From the sequence record PZ452591.1: DNA of 64,000 nucleotides; one strand, written 5' to 3'. A program made the position numbers and the translations under genes. The stretch is from a phage. Shown piece after piece: positions 10,561 to 20,655 of the stretch. The notes under the pieces are model-generated. The model searched no databases. It was given only the letters and a program-made list of their open reading frames with translations, and was not told the origin of the DNA. Numbering within the stretch: position 1 is the stretch's first letter; each line of letters begins with the position of its first letter.

Positions 10561-11101
10561 ATAAAAAATCCAAACTAGGAGAATCGTCTACAACACTTTT
10601 CTTTTCAGCCCCCGGTGTTCTATAGGTTGATTCTTCGTAATGCGTCATTTTATCGTAGATGTCTTGAATAAAAGTTTCATCTACTAACGCAACCATATCG
10701 TCGTCACGACTGTCATAGACATTGTGAACGAAGTAACTATATTTCTTTGCAACTTCCTTACGTTCTTTTTTAATACGTTGGACGAATGCATTAAAACAAG
10801 CTTGAGTTATATACGCATGTGGGTTTTTATATTTCGTTTCATCAAAATTATGAAGCCCCTTAATAGAAGCTTCGATACCATCTGCAATCATTTCTTGTTT
10901 CCAAGACTGGGTGTATCCTGAAAAGTTGAAACGTTTAGATAAGCCTTCTGCAATAAGCATAATGGCTAATCCGATAGTATCATTCTGACGAACTACTTTA
11001 TTTGGGTCTTTATTATTTGCTAATTCTGTTTTCCAATCAATAATAGCTTGTAAAAGCTCTTTATTGTTTACGTAATTATATTTAGGCTTAGTTTCTGACA
11101 T
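10544..11101 (-). CDS. 55: late-transcription sigma factor gp55
   Basis: Track start is GTG at 11107; ATG at 11101 preceded by SD AGAGGTG gives 185 aa [23 protein letters not shown]... Confidence 0.85.
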
Positions 11102-11183
11102 TTTCACCTCTTAGCTCAATTCATAGATCTATTATATCATAATATTTGAAGATCTATCTTAAAGCACAGAGGATGAATCAATT

Positions 11184-11399
11184 TCAAGAATTCATCAGCT
11201 TAGCCGCTCCAAGAGCTGCATCTAGTGAATCAAATTGGTCAACATATTCAATCAATTCGCCGTAATTAGCATATAACCACCATTGGCTAAATTCATACTC
11301 AAGGATGAATCCGTTTCCTTCAATTTGAGTTAAACCAATGCCATTTGTATTTACTTCATATCCAGCAAGACGCAAATCGTCAATAAGAGCTTCGTTCAT
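11184..11399 (-). CDS. hypothetical protein
   Basis: 71-aa ORF. Confidence 0.45.
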   Translation of the reverse strand: MNEALIDDLRLAGYEVNTNGIGLTQIEGNGFILEYEFSQWWLYANYGELIEYVDQFDSLDAALGAAKLMNS

Positions 11400-11401
11400 A
11401 A

Positions 11402-11728
11402 TTATACCTTAGTAATTTTCAGGTCTGCAAATTTTTTCTTACGTTGATTTTTCATGCGACGAATAGTTTTATCGGAAATTTCATGCTTTTGATAAGCTTT
11501 AGATTCTACACCAAAAGCTTTAACATCAAATTCTGACAAGATATATTGAACCAGCAATTCACGGATAGTATTGCGTCCAATCTTCTGATCATTCTGTTTC
11601 ATCGTCTGATGAAGCTCTTTTTCCCATTTATCCAAAATTTGAGGAGTTACAATATCGCCTTTTTCTAGCAAAGAAACTACTTTATCATATGCGTAAGAAT
11701 TGATGGCGTTTTTAATTTGAATAGTCAT
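11402..11728 (-). CDS. hypothetical protein
   Basis: 108-aa ORF followed by UUCG hairpin. Confidence 0.5.
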   Translation of the reverse strand: MTIQIKNAINSYAYDKVVSLLEKGDIVTPQILDKWEKELHQTMKQNDQKIGRNTIRELLVQYILSEFDVKAFGVESKAYQKHEISDKTIRRMKNQRKKKFADLKITKV

Positions 11729-11766
11729 ACATTATCCTCAATTACGTTAAAATTTTATTATCCAAA

Positions 11767-11782
11767 AAGGGCCGAAGCCCTT
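11767..11782 (-). terminator. UUCG-tetraloop hairpin (terminator or RNA-stability element)
   Basis: AAGGGC-UUCG-GCCCUU on minus strand with U-rich flank. Confidence 0.4.
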
Positions 11783-11981
11783 AGCTAAACTGTTTGGCAC
11801 CCTTCCAGCCTTCGTACATCATTGCGGCTGATATTAATATTGCTCCTGAGCAACTTGAATATTTGTGATTCCAAAACCAGTTTAGAAAAACTTCATCCTC
11901 AATACCATTGTGTTTCATGTTCTGGAAAAATTTGGCACGTTCTTCAGCAATTCGCTGCGATAATTTAGATTCAGGATTCAT
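11781..11981 (-). CDS. hypothetical protein
   Basis: 66-aa ORF. Confidence 0.45.
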   Translation of the reverse strand: MNPESKLSQRIAEERAKFFQNMKHNGIEDEVFLNWFWNHKYSSCSGAILISAAMMYEGWKGAKQFS

Positions 11982-12197
11982 TTAAATTTCCCAATTGCCA
12001 TTTTCATCAATAAATTTAATCCAGTCATTTACTGACCACTTAGTTGTATCGCCTTTTGGAGCAACATTTAAAGTGTATAGCCCTTGCTTAAAAAGCATGC
12101 GTTTGATATTCATATTTTCCTCAGCTGTAACGATAACACTCGTTTGATTTACGTTTAGCAACTCGTTGAGAAGTATTATAATCAAAATCATCGTCAA
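11982..12197 (-). CDS. hypothetical protein (start uncertain)
   Basis: 71-aa ORF; hydrophobic N-terminus may be artefact, alternative start at M29. Confidence 0.3.
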   Translation of the reverse strand: MTMILIIILLNELLNVNQTSVIVTAEENMNIKRMLFKQGLYTLNVAPKGDTTKWSVNDWIKFIDENGNWEI

Positions 12198-12453
12198 TGT
12201 AAACTGATTTTTTCAACTTTCTTACTTCACCGCGTAATTGACGATTTAACTCATCTTTAACTTCTGAATCAATACCTTTCATTCTACGCCATTTATCTGA
12301 GCGAAAAATGTTTTCAACCATATCTTTATGACTTACACCATCAGGAGCTTTACGCTTTCCGAAATAGTCATAATCACGAACTTTCAAGTCTTTACGACGA
12401 TACGTTTTACCCATGGAGTTTAATTTCCTTAGCAACTGAACTAAATGCAGCAC
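12121..12453 (-). CDS. small basic protein (start uncertain)
   Basis: 110-aa Arg/Lys-rich ORF; likely true start M14 at 12414. Confidence 0.4.
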   Translation of the reverse strand: MLHLVQLLRKLNSMGKTYRRKDLKVRDYDYFGKRKAPDGVSHKDMVENIFRSDKWRRMKGIDSEVKDELNRQLRGEVRKLKKSVYIDDDFDYNTSQRVAKRKSNECYRYS

Positions 12454-12589
12454 GATCGCAAATCATGCGTTTATGTAACTTGAGTATAATATAGCAAACT
12501 TCAAAACTATTTACATGAGTAACACGAACAGCATTACCATTAATGAGATAATACTGTCCCTTTTTAATTTCTTTATCAACTACAACCAT
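12407..12589 (-). CDS. hypothetical protein
   Basis: 60-aa ORF. Confidence 0.35.
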   Translation of the reverse strand: MVVVDKEIKKGQYYLINGNAVRVTHVNSFEVCYIILKLHKRMICDRAAFSSVAKEIKLHG

Positions 12590-12730
12590 ATCAATTCCTC
12601 AAAGGTAATTCATATGTTAATAATACCATGGTTTGAACTTGTTGTAAACAACTTTGTGAAAAATATTTTAGGGAATGATAAGAAAGGAACGATAGCTTAG
12701 AATGGTAATATACAGAATGTGAGAAAGAAA

Positions 12731-12743
12731 GGCCCAGAGGGCC
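12731..12743 (-). terminator. probable intrinsic terminator
   Basis: GGCCC-nnn-GGGCC hairpin followed by U/C-rich tract after the nrdH-like gene. Confidence 0.4.
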
Positions 12744-12747
12744 CGTC

Positions 12748-13071
12748 TTAATCTTCTATGATATCTCTATCATATCCAAGTGAAATGAGAGTTTCTTTGA
12801 AGTGTTTAATGTTCTTTTGTCTAGAATCATTAATGAAAATGACTGGATAACGAATGTTAAGAGATGTGAATCCAGCGCGTTTAGCAAGAGATACAATCAG
12901 TGGACGATCATACTCAATCTTACCATTATTTGTAAGAACTTTATAGAAAGTAAAAGGAGCATTGAGCTCCTTTAGAAGTTTTGTAACTGATTGACATCCA
13001 GGACAACGACCTACTTCATCTGGAATTCCATAGACTTCAATCTTATTCTTTAAGTTCGAGTTTTGTTCCAC
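12748..13071 (-). CDS. NrdH-like glutaredoxin (start uncertain, possibly GTG at 13071)
   Basis: C-terminal ~95 aa of the 150-aa track ORF carries CPGC redox motif and glutaredoxin-like fold; N-terminal part overlaps the 13043-13354 ORF in another frame. Confidence 0.5.
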   Translation of the reverse strand: MEQNSNLKNKIEVYGIPDEVGRCPGCQSVTKLLKELNAPFTFYKVLTNNGKIEYDRPLIVSLAKRAGFTSLNIRYPVIFINDSRQKNIKHFKETLISLGYDRDIIED

Positions 13072-13354
13072 GAGAAATAATTCCTTGGTAAGCCCAATAA
13101 GGAGGATTAACAGAATCCTCGTCAGAGTTTTCTTCAGGAAAATAAACCTGGATAACAAATCCAGATGCATCAAAGGTAAAATAAACCGTAGGCAGTTCAC
13201 CTAACAATTCGGCACGAGCATTAATTTCTTCGAGATCTCGTTCACGTCCAGCCCAAAAACTAGGATTTAGACTACATTCGTAAAAATAATAGTCATTACC
13301 GAACATGTCAAAACCCTTCCAACTCTCTACCACATACCGCTCAAAACTAATCAT
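13043..13354 (-). CDS. hypothetical protein
   Basis: 103-aa ORF. Confidence 0.5.
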   Translation of the reverse strand: MISFERYVVESWKGFDMFGNDYYFYECSLNPSFWAGRERDLEEINARAELLGELPTVYFTFDASGFVIQVYFPEENSDEDSVNPPYWAYQGIISRGTKLELKE

Positions 13355-13356
13355 AA

Positions 13357-13572
13357 TTAAGCCTTTTTATCAAGAACAGAATTCAGCTTGTTAGTAATTT
13401 TATCCAGACGCTCATTGAACTCACTAGAAGATAAGCCCTTTTCTGGAGAAATCAAACTAATCACGAAAAATATAGCAATAAAAGGAATAAGGAAAATAGC
13501 TCCAACTGCCATAAACAGAAAGAATGTTACAGTTGTAAGAAAATCAGCTAAACCTTTACGAAATTTATACAT
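13357..13572 (-). CDS. small membrane protein
   Basis: 71 aa with one long hydrophobic segment. Confidence 0.5.
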   Translation of the reverse strand: MYKFRKGLADFLTTVTFFLFMAVGAIFLIPFIAIFFVISLISPEKGLSSSEFNERLDKITNKLNSVLDKKA

Positions 13573-13687
13573 ATTTTACCCTTAATTAATTAACAAAGCA
13601 TTGATAAGCACTAAACTATATTGGGAATAAAATTCTGGACCAAAATGAAAAATCATATCATTTATAGTATCCATAATGTAATTCAAT

Positions 13688-14158
13688 TTAATCATGTTTC
13701 CACACCCCATCGGTATTTGACCAAAGTCGCTGATTATCTGATCCTCGCCACAGCTTTTTAGTCGGAAGATTTTTCTCATACTTCCCATCAATAATAACAT
13801 CAACATATTTAAGCATTTCTAGTTGTTTAATATCTTCAAACTTATATCCTGTCCACAACCAAATGCTTTTATTGGGATAAAGATTTTTTACTGTTTGAAC
13901 AATGCAATGAATAACATCTCGATTATCAGGATAGAGAGGGTCTCCTCCAGTTATAGTTAATCCTTCTATATAATCATTATTCAAACATTCAATTAATTGC
14001 TCTAGTGTTTCACCAGTGAATGGAATGCCATTTCTAGCATTCCATGTTGATTTATTATAACACCCTTCACATTTATGCAAACAACCTGTAACGAAAAGAA
14101 CGACCCTGCAACCAGGGCCATTCACAAAATCGCAAGGATAAAATCTATCATAATTCAT
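13688..14158 (-). CDS. nrdG: anaerobic ribonucleotide reductase activating protein (radical SAM)
   Basis: 156 aa, Cys cluster GCLHKCEGCYN; coupled to nrdD. Confidence 0.85.
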   Translation of the reverse strand: MNYDRFYPCDFVNGPGCRVVLFVTGCLHKCEGCYNKSTWNARNGIPFTGETLEQLIECLNNDYIEGLTITGGDPLYPDNRDVIHCIVQTVKNLYPNKSIWLWTGYKFEDIKQLEMLKYVDVIIDGKYEKNLPTKKLWRGSDNQRLWSNTDGVWKHD

Positions 14159-15972
14159 TGGTGTTTAACCCTATGCATGATTTCTTTATTTTTACCGAGA
14201 TTAAATCCGCGTTCGTTCGGATTTCCCAAATAACCACATGTTCTTCTTATTGTGTTCATCTTTTTAGGATCAGTTTCTCCACAAATAGAACAAACAAATC
14301 CGTTTTCAGTAGGAGTCATTTCATGGGTACTTCCGCATGTAAAACATTTATCTACCGGCATGTTAACACCAAAATAATCTAAATGTTGTGCAGCATAATC
14401 CCATACGGCCTCAAGACCTTTTAAGTTATTTTTCATATCAGGAAGTTCAACATAAGAAATGTGACCACCTGTCGCAATGAAATGATATGGTGCTTCACGA
14501 GAAATCTTTTCAAACGGAGTAATATTTTCTTCTACTGAAACATGGAAACTGTTAGTGTACCAGCCTTTATCTGTAACATCTTTTACGCTTCCATATTTTT
14601 CTGTATCGAGTTTACAGAAGCGATAACAAAGGTTTTCAGCAGGAGTCGAATATAAACTAAAAGCAAATCCGGTTCTTTCAGTCCACTGTTTAAGATGAGC
14701 ATTCATCTTAGTTAAAATTTCTTGTCCAATATCACGACCGACAAGAATATTCAATTCGTGAATACCAATGTATCCTAAAGACACTGAACTTCTACCGTTT
14801 TTAAATAACTCAATTATGTCGTCATCAGGTTTAAGACGAACCCCAAATGCACCTTCTTGGTAAAGAATAGGAGCAACAGTAGCTTTAACTCCTTTTAAGG
14901 AACTAATTCTACACATCAAAGCTTCAAAACATAAATCCATTCGTTCATTGAACAATTCAACAAATTTCTGTTCATTGAACTGTGTTCCAATATAAGAATC
15001 TAACGCGATGCGAGGAAGATTCAATGTTACAACACCAAGATTATTACGTCCATCAAGAATTTCATTGCCAGTCGAATCTTTCCATACGCCCAAGAAACTA
15101 CGGCAACCCATTGGAGAAACAGGAACAGATGAACCAGTGATAGCTTTATTGTTCTTAGCTGAAATAATATCAGGATACATTCTTTTGCTTGCGCACTCTA
15201 AAGCAAGCTGCTTAATATCATAGTTCGGATCGTCTTTATAAAGATTAACACCTTCTTCAACGAACATAACAAGCTTAGGGAAAATAGGAGTTATCCCATC
15301 ACGACCAAGACCTTTAATACGATTTTTCAGAATTGCTTTCTGAATCATTCGTTCAGTCCAGTCAGTTCCCGTACCAAATGTAATTGTTACAAAAGGAGTC
15401 TGTCCGTTTGAACTAAAGAGAGTATTTACTTCATATTCATAAGCTTGGAATGCATCGTATACGTCTTTTTCTGTTTTAGATTGAGCATAATTCAACGCAT
15501 CAGCGATTTGCCATTTTTCTGCATCCTCAATATGTTTTGCATAGGTGCGTTTAACATAAGGAGAAAGTACTTTATCTACATTCGCAAAAGTCGTTCCGCC
15601 GTATTGGTGAGAAGCAACCTGTGCAGTAATTTGTGCCATAATTGCAGTAGCAACGCCAATTGATTTAGGAGTTTCAATCTGCGCATTACCGAGCTTAAAT
15701 CCGTTCTCAAGCATTCCTTTTAAATCTACTAAACAGCAATTAGTAAATGGAAGAGCAGGGGAATAATCAATATCATGGAAATGAATAATTCCGCTTTCAT
15801 GCGCTTTCATAATAAAAGACGGGACCATATTTTTGGCAATGTGTTTAGACACAATACCAGCCATAAGGTCCCGTTGAGTTGGAAAAACACGAGAATCTTT
15901 ATTAGCATTCTCGTTTAAAAGGTCTTTATTAGTTTTATGAATCAATCCTTCAATTTCTTTTTCAATTGTCAT
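14155..15972 (-). CDS. nrdD: anaerobic ribonucleotide reductase (class III, glycyl radical)
   Basis: 605-aa uninterrupted ORF; C-terminal glycyl radical motif RRTCGYLG and Zn-ribbon cysteines. Confidence 0.9.
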   Translation of the reverse strand: MTIEKEIEGLIHKTNKDLLNENANKDSRVFPTQRDLMAGIVSKHIAKNMVPSFIMKAHESGIIHFHDIDYSPALPFTNCCLVDLKGMLENGFKLGNAQIETPKSIGVATAIMAQITAQVASHQYGGTTFANVDKVLSPYVKRTYAKHIEDAEKWQIADALNYAQSKTEKDVYDAFQAYEYEVNTLFSSNGQTPFVTITFGTGTDWTERMIQKAILKNRIKGLGRDGITPIFPKLVMFVEEGVNLYKDDPNYDIKQLALECASKRMYPDIISAKNNKAITGSSVPVSPMGCRSFLGVWKDSTGNEILDGRNNLGVVTLNLPRIALDSYIGTQFNEQKFVELFNERMDLCFEALMCRISSLKGVKATVAPILYQEGAFGVRLKPDDDIIELFKNGRSSVSLGYIGIHELNILVGRDIGQEILTKMNAHLKQWTERTGFAFSLYSTPAENLCYRFCKLDTEKYGSVKDVTDKGWYTNSFHVSVEENITPFEKISREAPYHFIATGGHISYVELPDMKNNLKGLEAVWDYAAQHLDYFGVNMPVDKCFTCGSTHEMTPTENGFVCSICGETDPKKMNTIRRTCGYLGNPNERGFNLGKNKEIMHRVKHQ

Positions 15973-16442
15973 TTTAAACTCTTTCTAAGCTGCTTCTTGA
16001 ATGAAGCTATTAATTGTGTTTTGGTGTCAGATTCATTATATTCAAATCCTCTTTGAAGCATCTCGGCCATCATTTCCTCTTTTCCTAAACGAGAAAATTC
16101 CTTTGATTTATCTCCAACAAAGTTAGGGTGAATATTATTTTGGGTGTAATCGGATTTTAAGTAAGTAAGTAAATTTTCTAACCATTCAAGATAATCAACG
16201 CCTTGTCCCTTTAAGCCAGAACGATTAAATTTATGCTTCATTTGACCTTCTGCGGCATTGCATAAATTACAAAGCAATCCACGTACCTTTCCTGCTTTTG
16301 GTCCATTTAATTCATGGTCATGGTCGAGGTGATTAGCTTGAACATCAGGATTTAGTTCTCGTTGGCAAATTAAGCATTTACCGTTTTGTGCATCATAAAA
16401 TTTTTGTTTTTCTTCTTTATATAATTTGCCAGTCAATAACAT
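15969..16442 (-). CDS. 49: endonuclease VII (Holliday junction resolvase)
   Basis: 157 aa, MLLTGKLYKEEKQKFYDAQNGKCLICQREL..., H-N-H/Zn motif; matches T4 gp49. Confidence 0.9.
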   Translation of the reverse strand: MLLTGKLYKEEKQKFYDAQNGKCLICQRELNPDVQANHLDHDHELNGPKAGKVRGLLCNLCNAAEGQMKHKFNRSGLKGQGVDYLEWLENLLTYLKSDYTQNNIHPNFVGDKSKEFSRLGKEEMMAEMLQRGFEYNESDTKTQLIASFKKQLRKSLK

Positions 16443-16483
16443 AATAAACCCTTACCTTAAATAGATAAGGGTATTTATTATTT

Positions 16484-16987
16484 TCAAGCATTGTAAAACA
16501 TTTGATGCAATCGCTTATATTGCCGAATCATTCGGTCAGAAAAAGAAATTTGAGTTTCAAGCCATTCAATGTACTCTGCGGCAGCTTGCATTAAATTTCC
16601 TTCATAACCATCGTTATTTTCTTGTGCAGCTAATTTAGCTAATGCGTATGAAATACGTTCACCTTGAAAATCGGCTTTAGGCTTCTGAACAACTTGATTA
16701 GTTCGCTCTACAACTTCTTCAATTTCGCCATTTTCGACTGATTCAGTATTCCACAAACACCAATACGTAATTGGCTTATCGTAGATGTTAATAATCTTTC
16801 CGTCGGAAAGTTCAATTTCAATAATTCCAGTATCAGGTTCTATATCATCTTCACATTCTTTTGCAAGTTCACGAACTTTAAAGACAGTACCTGCACTAAG
16901 TTCCGGCCAGTAATTACACAGCCCTGTATCAGCACGATTAATTCTAAACCACTTATCTACTGTAATCATGTCCCATCTCCATATCAA
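16484..16987 (-). CDS. hypothetical protein at T4 pin position
   Basis: 167-aa ORF (161 aa from M7) downstream of gene 49; pin identity from synteny only. Confidence 0.45.
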   Translation of the reverse strand: MIWRWDMITVDKWFRINRADTGLCNYWPELSAGTVFKVRELAKECEDDIEPDTGIIEIELSDGKIINIYDKPITYWCLWNTESVENGEIEEVVERTNQVVQKPKADFQGERISYALAKLAAQENNDGYEGNLMQAAAEYIEWLETQISFSDRMIRQYKRLHQMFYNA

Positions 16988-17092
16988 TTATGTCATTTAT
17001 TGTAGGTTCATTATATACTGTTTCTTCATCAGTGTAAACCGGTTCTTCCGGCTCTGGCTCTACAGTTTCCCATCTAGCCGCCCACCAAGGTT

Positions 17093-17413
17093 TTATAGCG
17101 TAATCCATTCTCGTACTGTCTGAGTTACTACACGTTCATGGGGCTCGACTAGTTCAACAGTCGGAACTGCATAATACCAGTCAGAATGATAAGAACCTGA
17201 CCGAGATTCATTTACAGCCACATGTACATTATGTTTTGGACTAAAATAAACACACTGACGATATTGGCATTTACCATCTTGCACCCAGTCTTCTATTTCG
17301 ATAGGTTTAAGATAGTCGGAAAAATCGAAATCATAGTTTTCCGAAAATGCATCATGGTCTTCGATGATTTCACTCAGAACTGCATCAACATCTAATTTAT
17401 TTTCAATAGTCAT
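17093..17413 (-). CDS. hypothetical protein
   Basis: 106-aa ORF. Confidence 0.5.
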   Translation of the reverse strand: MTIENKLDVDAVLSEIIEDHDAFSENYDFDFSDYLKPIEIEDWVQDGKCQYRQCVYFSPKHNVHVAVNESRSGSYHSDWYYAVPTVELVEPHERVVTQTVREWITL

Positions 17414-17424
17414 TTTTTCACCAA

Positions 17425-17634
17425 TTAATTTCGCAATTTATTAAGTTCTTCATAATCAATCCAGGATTCTAATCCTGATGGCAAATCAGATTCAATTTCC
17501 CACAGAAGTTCTTCAATTTTATGAAGACGATCTAATTCTTCAGCTGGAATAGTAACCATTGATGGAGCTCTTGATACACTAATATCGTAAATCATATTTA
17601 CCCCAGTTTGACCATACAATCGCCGTATTTCCAC
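17425..17634 (-). CDS. hypothetical protein
   Basis: 69-aa ORF. Confidence 0.45.
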   Translation of the reverse strand: MEIRRLYGQTGVNMIYDISVSRAPSMVTIPAEELDRLHKIEELLWEIESDLPSGLESWIDYEELNKLRN

Positions 17635-17813
17635 TTAGAAATAGACTTTTCGCCGTTAGAATAATAAACTTCGAGTTTAGCACGATTATTTTTAATTTGA
17701 ATAACCTTGGCTGTCATTAAAGTTCCATACCCATAGTAAACTGCAACTTCATCACCTACATATACCGCGCTTCCGCGGTAATCATGGATATAATCAGTTC
17801 CTTCGAGCATCAT
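17598..17813 (-). CDS. hypothetical protein
   Basis: 71-aa ORF coupled to nrdC. Confidence 0.45.
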   Translation of the reverse strand: MMLEGTDYIHDYRGSAVYVGDEVAVYYGYGTLMTAKVIQIKNNRAKLEVYYSNGEKSISKWKYGDCMVKLG

Positions 17814-18073
17814 TTAAAGTATTCCCGCAATTGGTCAAATCCACCAATATGACTTCCATCAGGAGCAAATACCTGAGGCATTGTCAAGCCAATTTGAGTA
17901 TCACGACCTAGTTTAGTCAGAAGCTCAGCAATTTTCTCATCGTCAAAAACACCTTTTTCCGGCATAATGTTGATAAACTCAAACGGCTGTTTCTTCACGG
18001 TCAAAAGACGTTTTGCATTATCGCAATACACACATTTATGGATGTTGCTATCATAACCATATACTTTAAACAT
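17810..18073 (-). CDS. nrdC: glutaredoxin (thioredoxin)
   Basis: 87 aa, CVYC active site, MFKVYGYDSNIHKCVYCDNAKRLL... Confidence 0.85.
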   Translation of the reverse strand: MFKVYGYDSNIHKCVYCDNAKRLLTVKKQPFEFINIMPEKGVFDDEKIAELLTKLGRDTQIGLTMPQVFAPDGSHIGGFDQLREYFK

Positions 18074-18074
18074 A

Positions 18075-18332
18075 TTATTCCTTAATTCCTAGTACTTGTT
18101 TAAAAGTCTCGTCGTAATCAAGACTTTGGCCCGTTTGTTCTTTATGTTTGTATATAATATCACTTACTTCTGATAGCATATTTTTATATGAACGAGTTAA
18201 AGCAGATTTAAGCACGCTGTATCTATCAGGAAATTTACCGTGTTCATTATAATAAGCTATTGCTAATTCACGGACTGCCTTTTCGGCAGTCTCCATATAT
18301 TCTTTACGCTTGGTCATTTTCTTCTCGGTCAA
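18075..18332 (-). CDS. hypothetical protein
   Basis: 85-aa ORF. Confidence 0.5.
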
Positions 18333-18618
18333 ATCGGTGTTTACAATGGCGACATTTATAACGAAGATTATTAGTCTGCCAATGGACTAATTGCACCTGT
18401 TCAGTTCCACATTCAGGGCAATTAGGAACGTTTTTAGAAGCACGTTCGCGGCGTTCAACCATGACCATTACAGAATCCCAATTAATAGGGCTGCTATAAT
18501 CATCACAACCATGAATCTTTCCACGCATTTCCAGATCGTCTTCTTCACCAGCCATAATAATTTTAATTAGACTAGAATTACTTGAAGCTGCAATGTCTTC
18601 TAATAGACGCTTTTTCAT
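18304..18618 (-). CDS. zinc-ribbon protein
   Basis: 104 aa with CPECG...CRHCKH four-Cys motif. Confidence 0.5.
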
Positions 18619-19544
18619 TTCAATACCTCAATAGCATTACGTAAACCATTTGCTTTTGCATTAAGAGCTTTTAACAATTTGGTGTGTTCTTCAATTTGGG
18701 CTTCAACTTCAATCAAACGAGCATTGAGATATTCACGTTCTTCGCTCAAGTTATCAACCTTTTCTACTTTAGGTTCTTTTACAACTGGCTTATACGTATT
18801 AGGGTTCTTCAGTTTAATTAGAATGCGTGAACTGTATAACATTGAACCATTATCTTCGGTTTCATCATACATTTCTACTACGTCCATGATTTTTAACATC
18901 ATGCGAAGTTTATAAGACAACGAACGAATAGTTTTGTTGTGCTTATTAATTTCTCTAGCTGTCATGGTGCCGAGATTACGTGAGTAATAATAAGGAACCT
19001 GGATATTAATTAATACTGATGAACCACCTGGCTTGTGTGTTACTTCATCAGCAATAACCCAGTCCTTAACATGAACTGTATTTGTACGGTCATCGCCCAT
19101 GGTAAACAGTTTGCGAGCATGCTTAAAAAGCATATTCACTTGAGTATTGAATTGACAAGCAAATTTATCAGCAAATTTAGTTTCAGGAATGGTAGATAAC
19201 CAATCAGCCAAATGGGTCTTTTTAACATCGTTAATAATAGTAAATTCAACCAAATCGGTTATAGATGTCGCAGATTTAATGAAGCTCGGCTTCATAAAGT
19301 TTTTAATGTTATCGCGAGCTACAGTAGAAGATAACATACGAGAACGTTTAAACCATTCAAGCAAATTGCCTAACGAATGAGAATAAGCGTTTTGAGTATC
19401 TTTACAGATATGATTTTCCTGGCCAACATATTGAAGGAAATCACGAAGAATATTATTGATTACTGCTCTGTGCCCGATCTGATAATTACGGTGTTTAGTA
19501 ATAAGACTGTCAAAATAATCAATATAATGTTTACGAGTTTTCAT
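18615..19544 (-). CDS. coiled-coil protein, paralog family member 1
   Basis: 309 aa; C-terminal heptad-rich ~40 aa; shares central motif with the next three genes. Confidence 0.6.
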   Translation of the reverse strand: MKTRKHYIDYFDSLITKHRNYQIGHRAVINNILRDFLQYVGQENHICKDTQNAYSHSLGNLLEWFKRSRMLSSTVARDNIKNFMKPSFIKSATSITDLVEFTIINDVKKTHLADWLSTIPETKFADKFACQFNTQVNMLFKHARKLFTMGDDRTNTVHVKDWVIADEVTHKPGGSSVLINIQVPYYYSRNLGTMTAREINKHNKTIRSLSYKLRMMLKIMDVVEMYDETEDNGSMLYSSRILIKLKNPNTYKPVVKEPKVEKVDNLSEEREYLNARLIEVEAQIEEHTKLLKALNAKANGLRNAIEVLK

Positions 19545-19596
19545 GTTCTTCTCACTTGGTTAATGGTTTATACTCCGAGCCATCCTTGGCTTTAAA

Positions 19597-20628
19597 TTAC
19601 TTAATTAACTGTAAAGCTTGTTCAAGACGATCCAGGCGATTAACAGATTCTTCCCAAATCCTTTTAGCCTGCTCATATTCTTTCTGTGCTTTATTAGAAA
19701 TTTCTAGAACTTCTTTATAAGCTTTTTCTAGTGCAATAACTTCTGGACGAATTTCTATCGGTTCAGGTGAATCGTCAAGACATTCCATTAGTTCCTCAAG
19801 GGTAGTTTCTTCTTTAGGAGTATTCACAATTTCATCACATTTTTGTTGGTAAATTTCTTTATCAGTCGGTGAGTACGCACACTTTACTTCACGAAGACTA
19901 ACTACAATTTTATATCCTTCCCAACCGCATATATTCTTAAAAGGATAAGTATGAATATTTTCTACTGTTTCCATACAAAGTAATGCAGTCTCTAACTGAC
20001 GAGTTATATCACTAGCAATTGAGAAAAATTTATTAATGTTCTTTTGATTAGCTTCTGGTGTAAAAAATTCATAATTCACAAAAATAGCTACTTTATTTTT
20101 ATCAAGTTCATATTCTTTTATGATAATCATATCAGAAGCCAAAGGATGAATTTGACGATAATCGCCATAGCATAATTTAGAAGCTGATTTCAAAATTTGC
20201 TTCTTGAAAAGTCTAAAATTACTAACCCAACGACGAGTAAAAATATTCTCAGGGTCTTCTTTAATATTAAGATGATAAGAATTAACATCACCGAACCAAT
20301 TGTATCCTACTACATCTTTAGTTCGTTTAATTTCTTTCCCAAATTTACTAAGAATATCTTGATTAACTAAATATGAAAGAAGACGAGACCCTTTAAAGGT
20401 TTCCTTAATATCATCTTTATCTGCACGACTAGAAATTTTATGAACTTCATGAATAAATTTGCTGGAAGAAACAATACTTGCATCAGTATTATTGAGCCAT
20501 TGATTGATAATGGAAATAACGCTATTCTGACTAGACATAGGTTTAACTTTATCATCAATAACGCTATTGAATGATTTGATATATTCGTTACGAGTCATAT
20601 TAATCTCCTCAGTAGAAAGTAAGAACAT
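19597..20628 (-). CDS. coiled-coil protein, paralog family member 2
   Basis: 343 aa; motif FRLFKKQILKSASKL aligns with FRKQLKQILSTASRL of 20656-21675. Confidence 0.6.
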   Translation of the reverse strand: MFLLSTEEINMTRNEYIKSFNSVIDDKVKPMSSQNSVISIINQWLNNTDASIVSSSKFIHEVHKISSRADKDDIKETFKGSRLLSYLVNQDILSKFGKEIKRTKDVVGYNWFGDVNSYHLNIKEDPENIFTRRWVSNFRLFKKQILKSASKLCYGDYRQIHPLASDMIIIKEYELDKNKVAIFVNYEFFTPEANQKNINKFFSIASDITRQLETALLCMETVENIHTYPFKNICGWEGYKIVVSLREVKCAYSPTDKEIYQQKCDEIVNTPKEETTLEELMECLDDSPEPIEIRPEVIALEKAYKEVLEISNKAQKEYEQAKRIWEESVNRLDRLEQALQLIK

Positions 20629-20655
20629 TATACCACATCCTTGTGGCGAAGTAAA

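Noticed and set aside
13582-13806. 74-aa ORF overlapping the 3' end of nrdG
   Set aside because: 119-nt overlap with nrdG in another frame; at most a 37-aa tail after nrdG could be real, too weak to call.
20367-20558. Several other alternative-frame minus ORFs inside larger genes (20367-20558, 6273-6536, 34641-34856, 35322-35504, 200-391)
   Set aside because: Nested within better-supported longer ORFs on the same strand; no distinguishing features.
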